Made by a program: the position numbers and the translations under genes. Below are positions 49,404 through 58,093 of a stretch of 64,000 nucleotides of DNA, one piece after another. How positions within the stretch are numbered: position 1 is the first letter of the stretch; the number at the start of each line of letters is the position of its first letter. The DNA is from Methanoregula sp. Lineage in GTDB: Archaea > Halobacteriota > Methanomicrobia > Methanomicrobiales > Methanospirillaceae. Under the pieces are notes generated by a model that searched no databases, had not been told where the DNA came from, and saw only the letters and a list, made by a program, of their open reading frames with translations. Where the stretch lies: assembly GCA_039698055.1 (NCBI GenBank), contig JBDKTL010000027.1:32001-96000 (forward strand), given 5' to 3'.

Positions 49404-50386
49404 AACTGTTCTGGGTCGATGTCCGGCCGTGGAACAAGGATATCGCGACGAGTGCTCTTGAGAGCGGGGCTGACGCGCTGATGGTCGATCATGCGGAGGA
49501 CGTGAGAAGGCTTGGCCGGATTACCACCATCGCGCCCGATGGCGACCTGAAAACAGGCACCGATGTAGCCGAAGTCACCATCACCGACAAGGCGAGCGAG
49601 AACGAAGCGGCAAAACTCGGGAACACCCGGTTTGTGGTGGTGACCACCCGTGACTGGACCGTTATCCCGCTGGAGAATCTCGTTGCACAGTCCGACCGGA
49701 TAATCGCGAGCGTTAAAAACCTTCACGAAGCAGAAGTCGCCCTGACGGTTCTTGAAAAAGGCGTCCACGGCATCCTGCTCAAAACCACCGACCCTTCGGT
49801 CGTACGATCCGTTGCGGCACGGGTAAAAGCGCAGGGCAGTACGGTAAACCTCGTCCCGTTCACGGTCACCGCAATCCGCCCGGTGGGGATGGGCGACCGG
49901 GTCTGCGTGGATACCTGCTCGATGCTGTCGGATGGCGAGGGGATGCTGATGGGCAATACGTCGTCTGCGATGCTGCTCGTGCATGCCGAAACCCTTGAAA
50001 ACCCGTACGTCGCGCCGCGCCCGTTCCGGGTAAACGCCGGCGCCGTTCATGCGTACATCATGCTGCCGGAGGGAAAAACCGCGTACCTTTCCGACCTGCA
50101 TGTCGGCGGGCAGGTGCTGGTATCCGACGCAGCCGGATCGGCAAAGACGGCGATCATCGGGCGGACAAAGATTGAGCGCCGTCCGCTGCTGCTGGTTGAA
50201 GCAAAAACGGATACCGCAAAGGTCAGCCTGATCCTCCAGAACGCCGAGACCATCCGGCTCGTGAAAGAAGACGGGAGCGCAATCTCGGTGGTAAATCTCG
50301 CGACGGGCGACCGTATCATGGGATGTGTCCTTGAAGGAGGCCGGCATTTTGGCATGGCCGTCAAAGAGACCATTGTTGAGAAGTGA
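49400..50386 (+). CDS. aroB': 3-dehydroquinate synthase II
   Basis: DWTVIPLENL, GDRVCVDTCS, RPFRVNAGAVH, ILQNAETIRL, GRHFG. Confidence 0.96.
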   Translation: MKLFWVDVRPWNKDIATSALESGADALMVDHAEDVRRLGRITTIAPDGDLKTGTDVAEVTITDKASENEAAKLGNTRFVVVTTRDWTVIPLENLVAQSDRIIASVKNLHEAEVALTVLEKGVHGILLKTTDPSVVRSVAARVKAQGSTVNLVPFTVTAIRPVGMGDRVCVDTCSMLSDGEGMLMGNTSSAMLLVHAETLENPYVAPRPFRVNAGAVHAYIMLPEGKTAYLSDLHVGGQVLVSDAAGSAKTAIIGRTKIERRPLLLVEAKTDTAKVSLILQNAETIRLVKEDGSAISVVNLATGDRIMGCVLEGGRHFGMAVKETIVEK

Positions 50387-50390
50387 CGCG

Positions 50391-51215
50391 ATGAAAGCAG
50401 GCATTATCGGCGGGACCGGGAAGATGGGAAAACTCTTTACCGGGGTTTTTGAACGGGCAGGATATACCGTGGAAGTCAGCGGCCGGTCGACTGCCCTGAC
50501 AAACGCTGCACTGGCAGAAAGGTGCGATCTGGTGATCGTATCGGTACCCATCCGGGACTCAGTAAGGGTAATCCAGGAAATTGCCCCGCTGCTCTCAAAG
50601 GACCAGGTGCTGTGCGATTTCACCTCGTTAAAGATGGAGCCGGTCGAGGCGATGCTCAAATCAAAGGCACAGGTGATCGGGCTGCACCCGATGTTTGGCC
50701 CCACGGTCAGTTCGCTCTCCCGCCAGACCATCATCGTCTGCCCGGCCCGTGCCGATCCCACCACCCTTGCTTCGCTTATCGCGCTTTTCAGAAACGAAGG
50801 GGCGGAATGCACGATCACGACACCGGAGAAGCACGACCGGATGATGGCGGTGGTGCAGGGTCTGACGCATTTTGTCACGCTCACCATGGCAGAGACCCTG
50901 CGCCGGCTTGATATTGATATTAGAACAACTCAGGCATTCACGAGCCCTGTCTACCAGATGGAAATGTCAGTTGTCGGCCGGCTTCTTTCGCAGGACCCGG
51001 ATCTCTACGCTGATATCCTGCAGGAGAACCCGTTTGTGCCGGAAGTGCTGGACGCGTGCCAGGATGCAGTGCGCAATCTTGCCGATATCGTTACCGCAGG
51101 CGACCCTGACCGGTTCCGGGAATTTTTCCGGGACAACAGCCGGCATTTCGGGGATTACTGCCAACAGGGCCAGGAGACAACGGACGCACTGATCGAATGC
51201 ATGGTGAAGAAATGA
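50391..51215 (+). CDS. tyrA: Prephenate/arogenate dehydrogenase
   Basis: IIGGTGKMG, DFTSLK, HPMFGP, HDRMMAVVQGLTHF. Confidence 0.93.
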   Translation: MKAGIIGGTGKMGKLFTGVFERAGYTVEVSGRSTALTNAALAERCDLVIVSVPIRDSVRVIQEIAPLLSKDQVLCDFTSLKMEPVEAMLKSKAQVIGLHPMFGPTVSSLSRQTIIVCPARADPTTLASLIALFRNEGAECTITTPEKHDRMMAVVQGLTHFVTLTMAETLRRLDIDIRTTQAFTSPVYQMEMSVVGRLLSQDPDLYADILQENPFVPEVLDACQDAVRNLADIVTAGDPDRFREFFRDNSRHFGDYCQQGQETTDALIECMVKK

Positions 51216-52003
51216 CGGTCATCACGCTTGGCCCGGAAGGGACGTTCTCGCACGAACTTGCCCTGCGGCTCTCGTATTCTCCGCTGCGGCTGGTGCCCAC
51301 CATCCACGGTGTCTTTGCCGCAGTTGCGCGGGGAGAAGGCGACGGTATTGTCCCGATAGAAAATTCCGAAGCCGGTGGTGTGGGTGCAACTCTTGACGGC
51401 CTTTTGTCCTATCCGCTCTTTATCACCCGCGAGATGTATATGCCCATCCACCACCACCTCGCAGCCCGGGTACGTTTTGAGGAAATAACCGTGATCTATG
51501 CGCACCCGCAGACCCATGAGCAGTGCAGCGAACTGCTCGAGACGTGGGGCATCCCGGTCATCCACACCAGTTCCAATGCCGCAAGTGCAGTTGAGGCAAA
51601 AAACAATCCTGCTGCCGGTGCGATCGTATCCACCTACGCTTCGTCGCTCTATGATCTTCCCGTCCGAAAAAATAATATCGAGAATAACCCGGAAAACGTC
51701 ACCCGGTTCGTTCAGATTTCAAAAACTCCCGGCACGGCCGGCCACGAACAGAAATGCAGTATCCTGATCGATCCCGAAATCGATCGTGCCGGGCTCCTCT
51801 TTGACCTGCTGGGGGTTTTTGCACAGAAACGGATCAACCTGACCCGTATCGAATCCCGGCCGTCACGGCGGGGGATCGGCACCTACGTGTTCTTCCTTGA
51901 CTATGCCGTGTCCGCAGACACTCCCGGGGCACTTGCCCTCCTCAAGCAGATGACCACGGTCAAAGAGCTGGGCTGCTATGCACGAGCCGGGGTGCCCCCA
52001 TGA
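51212..52003 (+). CDS. pheA: Prephenate dehydratase with ACT domain
   Basis: LGPEGTFS, VPIENSEAG, NVTRF, INLTRIESRP. Confidence 0.95.
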   Translation: MTVITLGPEGTFSHELALRLSYSPLRLVPTIHGVFAAVARGEGDGIVPIENSEAGGVGATLDGLLSYPLFITREMYMPIHHHLAARVRFEEITVIYAHPQTHEQCSELLETWGIPVIHTSSNAASAVEAKNNPAAGAIVSTYASSLYDLPVRKNNIENNPENVTRFVQISKTPGTAGHEQKCSILIDPEIDRAGLLFDLLGVFAQKRINLTRIESRPSRRGIGTYVFFLDYAVSADTPGALALLKQMTTVKELGCYARAGVPP

Positions 52004-53265
52004 TCAGGACACTCCCGCTCACCCGTAACGTTGATGCGACCGTGCGTGCACCCCCGTCAAAGAGTTACACGCACCGGGCTCTCATCACGGGGGCGCTTGG
52101 CTTCGGCACAACCGTACTTGAGCACCCGCTGGATGCAGACGATACCCGTCTGACCGCACAGGCTCTTGCCGCGCTCGGGGTTCCAATCCGGTGGCAGGAA
52201 GACCGGATCACTATTGCCGGCTGCGACGGGGTTCTTCCCACTTCCGGCACGACAACGCTCAATCTCGATAATTCCGGCACGAGCCTGCGCCTTCTCGCCT
52301 CCCTTGCGCTCCTTGCCTCCCACCCGGTTATTCTCACCGGCAGCGCACGGATGCAGGAGCGCCCGGTCGGCCCGCTTGCCGATGCACTCATGCAGATCGG
52401 GGGGACGGTCACCTTTCCGGGAAAACCGGGTTTTCCTCCCGTTCAGGTCAGCGGACACTTAAACGGGGGGCGGGTCAGCGTAGACGGATCGATGAGCAGC
52501 CAGTACATCTCCTCGCTCCTGCTCGCCGCCCCGTACGCGGACAGGGAAACGGAACTCTTAATCCTTGGTACGCCGGTGTCGCGATCCTATCTTGACATTA
52601 CCATGGATGTGATGCGGACATTTGGCGCCGATGTCAGGCAATCCGGTCCCGACCGGTTCGTGGTCAGCAACCGGGCCCGCTATGCCGGCAGGAACTGTCC
52701 TGTTGAAGGGGATTATTCGTCGGCATCGTATTTTTTTGCCGTCGCGGCAATCTGCGGCGGCAGGATGACGGTCACCAACCTCAGCGCCACATCCGTGCAG
52801 GGGGACCGGCAGTTTCTTACGGCCCTTGAAGCGATGGGATGCCACGTGTCCCGTTCCGGAGATGCCGTGACAGTTGAACGGACCGGCAGCCTTAGAGGAA
52901 TCACCATCTATATGTCGTCTGCCCCCGACACCGTCCAGACACTCTGCATGGTGGCTGCCGGTGCAGAAACCCCCACGACCATCACGGGAATCAGCCACCT
53001 CAGGTTCAAGGAAAGCGACCGGATCGCGGGCACGGCAGAACGCCTCAGGGCACTGGGCGGCGATGTGCGGGTTGAAGATGACAGGATAACCATTTTCCCC
53101 CGTCCGCTGCACGGGGGCACGATTGACCCGGGCAACGATCACCGGACGGCGATGAGCTTTGCGGTGCTGGGGCTGGGCACGGGCGATGTTGCTATCACCC
53201 ATGCAGAATGCGTGAACAAATCGTTCCCTGGATTCTGGGAAACGCTCGACGGGGTCGTACAATGA
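52000..53265 (+). CDS. aroA: EPSP synthase
   Basis: PPSKSYTHR, NSGTSLR, SSQYISSLL, LRFKESDRI, DHRTAMSF. Confidence 0.97.
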   Translation: MIRTLPLTRNVDATVRAPPSKSYTHRALITGALGFGTTVLEHPLDADDTRLTAQALAALGVPIRWQEDRITIAGCDGVLPTSGTTTLNLDNSGTSLRLLASLALLASHPVILTGSARMQERPVGPLADALMQIGGTVTFPGKPGFPPVQVSGHLNGGRVSVDGSMSSQYISSLLLAAPYADRETELLILGTPVSRSYLDITMDVMRTFGADVRQSGPDRFVVSNRARYAGRNCPVEGDYSSASYFFAVAAICGGRMTVTNLSATSVQGDRQFLTALEAMGCHVSRSGDAVTVERTGSLRGITIYMSSAPDTVQTLCMVAAGAETPTTITGISHLRFKESDRIAGTAERLRALGGDVRVEDDRITIFPRPLHGGTIDPGNDHRTAMSFAVLGLGTGDVAITHAECVNKSFPGFWETLDGVVQ

Positions 53266-54653
53266 AACGGGTTGTGCTGGTGGGTTTTCGCGGGACCGGC
53301 AAGACCGAGGTTGGGAAACGCCTGGCCCGGGAAAAGAACGTACCGTTTTTCGATACCGACGACCTGATCGAGCAAAAAACCGGCCGCTCGATCCCGGATA
53401 TCTTCCATGACAACGGCGAGAAACGGTTCCGGGACATCGAACGCGAGGTTATTGCCAGCCTGCCCCTGACTGGCGCGGTCATCAGCACCGGCGGGGGCGT
53501 GGTTGCCGATCCGATCAACATGGAACGCCTGCGGGCCGACAGCAGCTGTGTCCTGCTCACGGCCGACATCGCGACCATTGAACAGCGCCTCACAAAAAAA
53601 CCGCGCCCGCCGCTGACGGGGCTGCCGCTGCACGAAGAGATCGCCGAGATGATCGATCGCCGCCGCCAGCAGTACCGTGCAGCCGTAGATTTCTGTATTG
53701 ACACCAGTGAAACATCCCCGGATGTTGCCACACAACAGGTTCTTGCGCTGCTGGATAACGGGGTTGCAACTGTTCAGCAGAGAAAAACAGCCTGTGCATT
53801 TTTCAGGACGGGCCGCATACCGGCACCGGCGCTTCAGAAACTCGAAGAGATCCTCACGGGACCACACCGGGACCCGCAGACCCGGATTCTTGGCGTCGCC
53901 GGGTATCCCTGCGCCCACAGCCGGAGCCCGCACCTGTTTAATGCGCTCTTTTCCCGGTACCATCTCAACTACCATTACACGTGGTTTGAGGCCCCCAAAC
54001 CCGACGAGATTATGCAGGTCGCCCGGGCTGTCGATGCAAAAGGGCTCTCGGTCACGATCCCGTTCAAGCAGGACATGATACCGTTGCTTGATGAGGTCGA
54101 CGAGACTGCCGCCCGGCAGATCGGTGCCGTCAACACGGTCGTGTTTGCCTGCGGGACGGCAACCGGCTATAACACGGACTGGCTGGGGATACGAAAACCG
54201 CTGGTCGGCATGAAAGGGTCACGGGCGGTGCTGCTTGGCGCCGGCGGGGGTGCGGCTGCTGCCGCGTATGCCTTAAAGGACCTCGACATGGACGTGATCG
54301 TCCTGAACCGTACGCCGCAAAAAGCACAGGCGCTTGCCGAACGCTTCGGCTGTGCGTGGGCCCCGTGGGATGCATTTGACCGGATCGATCCCGACCTTGT
54401 TGTCAATACGACACCGCTTGGCATGCAGCCGGATACCCGCAGCCCGCTTGCAGAAAAACAGATAACAGGGGAAATGACCATCTTTGATCTGGTATATACG
54501 CCGCCGGTAACCCCGCTCATCGGGATGGCGCGGCAGAAAGGGTGTACAACCATTACGGGCATCGATATGTTTGTCCACCAGGCACGGGAGCAGTTTTACC
54601 TGTTCTTCGGGATTGACGTGCCCGAACAGGTGATACGGGAGCTTGTCGCATGA
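53262..54653 (+). CDS. aroE: Fused P-loop shikimate kinase (AroK) and shikimate dehydrogenase (AroE)
   Basis: N-terminal [18 protein letters not shown]; C-terminal HSRSP, VTIPFK, GAVNT, NTD, GAGG, DLVY. Confidence 0.92.
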   Translation: MKRVVLVGFRGTGKTEVGKRLAREKNVPFFDTDDLIEQKTGRSIPDIFHDNGEKRFRDIEREVIASLPLTGAVISTGGGVVADPINMERLRADSSCVLLTADIATIEQRLTKKPRPPLTGLPLHEEIAEMIDRRRQQYRAAVDFCIDTSETSPDVATQQVLALLDNGVATVQQRKTACAFFRTGRIPAPALQKLEEILTGPHRDPQTRILGVAGYPCAHSRSPHLFNALFSRYHLNYHYTWFEAPKPDEIMQVARAVDAKGLSVTIPFKQDMIPLLDEVDETAARQIGAVNTVVFACGTATGYNTDWLGIRKPLVGMKGSRAVLLGAGGGAAAAAYALKDLDMDVIVLNRTPQKAQALAERFGCAWAPWDAFDRIDPDLVVNTTPLGMQPDTRSPLAEKQITGEMTIFDLVYTPPVTPLIGMARQKGCTTITGIDMFVHQAREQFYLFFGIDVPEQVIRELVA

Positions 54654-55645
54654 ACACGTTTGGCAGAACATTTCGGATTACAACATTTGGCGAAAGTCAC
54701 GGGGCAGCGGTTGGCGTGGTCATTGACGGGTGTCCTCCCCGGATCGCGTTGTCGGCACAGGATATCCAGCCTTTGCTTGACCGGCGCCGGCCGGGAACCT
54801 CCCCGCTCACCTCGCCGCGCAGGGAGCCGGACCGGGTCGAGATCCTCTCCGGCATATTTGAGGGAAAGACTACCGGGACGCCCATTGCGCTGCTCGTGCA
54901 TAACGAGGATTCGCATTCCGGGGATTACGATGCCTTAAAAGACGTGTTCCGGCCGGGTCATGCAGACTTCACGTACCAGGAAAAATACGGTATCCGGGAC
55001 TATCGCGGCGGCGGGCGCAGTTCCGGCAGGGAGACAGTCGGCCGGGTGGCAGCCGGGGCGGTAGCCCAAAAAATCCTGTCGGCACACGGCATCGCCATCA
55101 CCGGGAAAATTCTCGCGGTGCACGGGAAATCCGGCCAGAATGAGATCGAAGCGGAGATCCGTTCGGCAAAGGAAGCCGGCGATTCTGTTGGTGGAATTGT
55201 TGAGCTTGTCGCTCGTGGGTGTCCTGCGGGGCTTGGCGATCCGGTCTTTGGGAAACTGGACGCACTGATCGCCGGCGCGATGATGGGCATTGGCGCAGTC
55301 AAGGGAGTGGAGATTGGCGACGGGTTTGCCGCAGCCGGGAAATTCGGGAGCGGGAACAACGACCAGATGACTGCTGACCGTTTTTTAAGCAACCATGCCG
55401 GGGGGATCCTTGGCGGCATCTCCAGCGGGCAGGATATTGTCGTGCGGATTGCGGTCAAACCCACGCCGTCCATTCAGAAAATGCAGAAGACCCGGGACTG
55501 CCACGGCAACCAGGTGGATTTGTCAATCCAGGGGCGCCACGATCCCTGTATCGTGCCCCGCATCGTGCCCGTTGCCGAAGCGATGATGGCGCTCGTGCTC
55601 GTGGACTGCTGGCTGGAGCAGGAAAAGTATCTGATCGGCCGGTAG
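54650..55645 (+). CDS. aroC: Chorismate synthase
   Basis: [36 protein letters not shown]. Confidence 0.97.
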   Translation: MNTFGRTFRITTFGESHGAAVGVVIDGCPPRIALSAQDIQPLLDRRRPGTSPLTSPRREPDRVEILSGIFEGKTTGTPIALLVHNEDSHSGDYDALKDVFRPGHADFTYQEKYGIRDYRGGGRSSGRETVGRVAAGAVAQKILSAHGIAITGKILAVHGKSGQNEIEAEIRSAKEAGDSVGGIVELVARGCPAGLGDPVFGKLDALIAGAMMGIGAVKGVEIGDGFAAAGKFGSGNNDQMTADRFLSNHAGGILGGISSGQDIVVRIAVKPTPSIQKMQKTRDCHGNQVDLSIQGRHDPCIVPRIVPVAEAMMALVLVDCWLEQEKYLIGR

Positions 55646-55678
55646 AACTGCACACCGGCTCGTGGGGTGGGCGGGAAT

Positions 55679-56572
55679 CTAAACGCGCTTTGTGATTCCC
55701 ACTTCAACCGGGTTCTCCGGATACGAGATCCATTCCGTAAACCCGCCTTCAAACATCACCACATCCGGGTAACCGAGCAGGAATTTCAGGACGAGAAATG
55801 CGAGTGTTGCCGTTTTCCCGGTCCCGCAGGAGCAGATGACGGTTTTATCCGGGGTAACCCCACGGGATACAAAAATTTCCCGGAGTTTTTCCGGGGATTT
55901 AATAAGCGCCGTATTTTTCTCATCCATCAGCGCCGGTGCCGGGACATTGACCGCCCCGGGAATATGGCCGGGTTTTGCCCACGATGCCTGCCCCTCAAAC
56001 GCAGCCGGTGGCCGGGTATCGACCAGCACGGCACCGGGCTTTTCCCTGAGACTGAGCAGTCCGGGATACCCGGTGAAATAATTCTCGCGGATGTGTGCGG
56101 TATATGCCACGCGGCGGGTACAGCCGGATACCTGCGTCACCGGCTGGTTCTCCTGCTGCCATTTGAGGAGTCCGCCGTCAAGAATACAGACCCGCGAATG
56201 CCCGTACCGGATGAGGGAATAGGCAACAAATGCGGCCGCAAAACCGTCGCCCGGAGCAGATGACGGGGTTCCTGTTCCGTTCCCCCCGGTATAGACGACC
56301 AGCTCGCGTCCGCTCTCTATTCCCACTACCCCAAAAAGTGCCTCTGCCATATCTTTTGGAATCCAGCGTGCCGGAATATTTCCTGTATGCACCCGGAACA
56401 GGCCCTCCGGCACATGCACCGCGCCGGGAATATGGCCGGAGAAATAGTCATGGACATCTGGCCGGCAGTCAAGGATCATCAGGCTGCGGTCGTCACGGTG
56501 TCTGGCCAGCCATCCGGTTGACACCCAGCGGACGGGAGGATTGGTTATTTCTTTGCTGCGTGCTGTTTCCAT
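55679..56572 (-). CDS. Tandem-rhodanese sulfurtransferase
   Basis: GHIPGA twice, LDGGL, active-site loop CGTGKTA, FEGGFTEW; start could be 56605. Confidence 0.9.
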   Translation of the reverse strand: METARSKEITNPPVRWVSTGWLARHRDDRSLMILDCRPDVHDYFSGHIPGAVHVPEGLFRVHTGNIPARWIPKDMAEALFGVVGIESGRELVVYTGGNGTGTPSSAPGDGFAAAFVAYSLIRYGHSRVCILDGGLLKWQQENQPVTQVSGCTRRVAYTAHIRENYFTGYPGLLSLREKPGAVLVDTRPPAAFEGQASWAKPGHIPGAVNVPAPALMDEKNTALIKSPEKLREIFVSRGVTPDKTVICSCGTGKTATLAFLVLKFLLGYPDVVMFEGGFTEWISYPENPVEVGITKRV

Positions 56573-56708
56573 GCTATCCCTAGACAGATGTTTTTTTTTA
56601 TTCATGCAACCGGAAATCCGTACTCCTCTTTCGTTCTCAAACCCGGAATACCCTCAAAGGGAGTACCGGGTTTGGGTCTTGCATCCAAAAACCGGGAACC
56701 CACAAAAA

Positions 56709-57347
56709 TTACTCCTCCGGTTTCATGCGCTTCATCAGATCCACAAATTCTTCCACCGAATACTGGCCGTCTGCCGTTGTTGTTCCCATATGGCAGTATA
56801 CCAGTTCAGAACCAAAGAAGGGGAACATCGCCCGGGCATACCGGAACTCTCTTCCCATCACTCCGGTGCAGACGGGTTTTTGTGCCGCATGGGTAAACGC
56901 GAGCAGTTCGATGAGATCGTCAGCGTTTGCCGGCGTCATAATTATTTTGGGGATATCCCCGTACGCCCGCAATTCGCGCTCCAGCACAAACAACACATGG
57001 AGCGGCATCATCCGCCCGGCATGGTGCGATGCGATGATTGTTTTGCCGGTGGATTTTATTGCTGCCGCATGCATCGCGAAGCGCTGTTCTATATCGATAT
57101 AATCAACCAAGGGAATGATGGGGGAAATCTTTTCGAACCACTCATCTGCATTGCCAAAATACGTGCCGCCTTCCTCTGCCGAGCGGAGCGTTGCAATGAT
57201 GGGCAGGCCGGTCTCCTTTTTTGCAGCCGCGATCTGCGCAGGAATATCGCCGTGCATCAGGTCAAGACGGAATTCAATCATATCCGCTCCCTTGTCACGG
57301 GCGGCACCGGCATACGAGGCATCCGTGAGCGCAGCAACAATCTTCAT
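56709..57347 (-). CDS. aroD: Type I 3-dehydroquinate dehydratase
   Basis: IEFRLD, ATLRSAEEGG, IDIE, IASHH, GVMG, TADGQ. Confidence 0.93.
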   Translation of the reverse strand: MKIVAALTDASYAGAARDKGADMIEFRLDLMHGDIPAQIAAAKKETGLPIIATLRSAEEGGTYFGNADEWFEKISPIIPLVDYIDIEQRFAMHAAAIKSTGKTIIASHHAGRMMPLHVLFVLERELRAYGDIPKIIMTPANADDLIELLAFTHAAQKPVCTGVMGREFRYARAMFPFFGSELVYCHMGTTTADGQYSVEEFVDLMKRMKPEE

Positions 57348-57544
57348 GACTGGTTTTTTGTTGGCGGGCTATCCTTAAAAAAATTCTTGGATGCCCAGGT
57401 AATGATAACTTTAAAAAAAATTCCCCCAACAAAAACTTCTCTTTTATTCACGGTTTATAAAACTCAAATCAAACATATCATGGATCGAATTTCCGGTGAC
57501 AAACCGGTTTATCCCTTTTTGCGATATATACGTCTACTACAGTT

Positions 57545-58087
57545 ATGGAAACCGGAATCCCCGCCTTTCAATGGCAGCGCCTTGTCATCACCCTGCTCGC
57601 AGGTATCGGGCTTGTCCTTGTACTGCCGCTCGCGCTCGCCATGGTTCTTGCTCTTCCGGTCACCCCGACCCTTGCCCTGATCGCGATGACACTCGTCATC
57701 GAGTATGCTGCTGCGCCCGGGGGAATCGCGCTTGGCCTCCCACCTTATTTTGTTCTGGGTGTCCTGTGCTCGGTAGCGCTTGGCATCACTCTTACCTTAT
57801 ATGGCCTGTTTGATACTCTTGCCACCCGATCAGAACGGATTGGGAATTTTTTGGCACGGTCGCAAAAAAAAGCGAACGAATCGTCCATTCTTGCAAAATA
57901 TGGCATCTTCGGGCTTGTGCCATGCGTCCTGATACTGGGATTTTATGTCTGCCCGGCCGTTGCATGGGTCTGCGGCTGGCGACGGGATTATGCAATCCTG
58001 CTCACGATGGCCGGGTATATCCTTGCTTCCGTCGCAATAATTCTTGTAACAGCCGGTGTAATCTCGATTCTTTCAACCGGAGCCTGA
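57545..58087 (+). CDS. Small multidrug-export-like membrane protein
   Basis: Four hydrophobic segments; KYGIFGL motif. Confidence 0.65.
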   Translation: METGIPAFQWQRLVITLLAGIGLVLVLPLALAMVLALPVTPTLALIAMTLVIEYAAAPGGIALGLPPYFVLGVLCSVALGITLTLYGLFDTLATRSERIGNFLARSQKKANESSILAKYGIFGLVPCVLILGFYVCPAVAWVCGWRRDYAILLTMAGYILASVAIILVTAGVISILSTGA

Positions 58088-58093
58088 CCCGAT

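Noticed and set aside
49148-50887. 579-aa minus-strand ORF and many other long antisense ORFs over aro, che, pan and hom genes
   Set aside because: Shadow ORFs arising from GC-rich codon usage of well-supported genes on the opposite strand.
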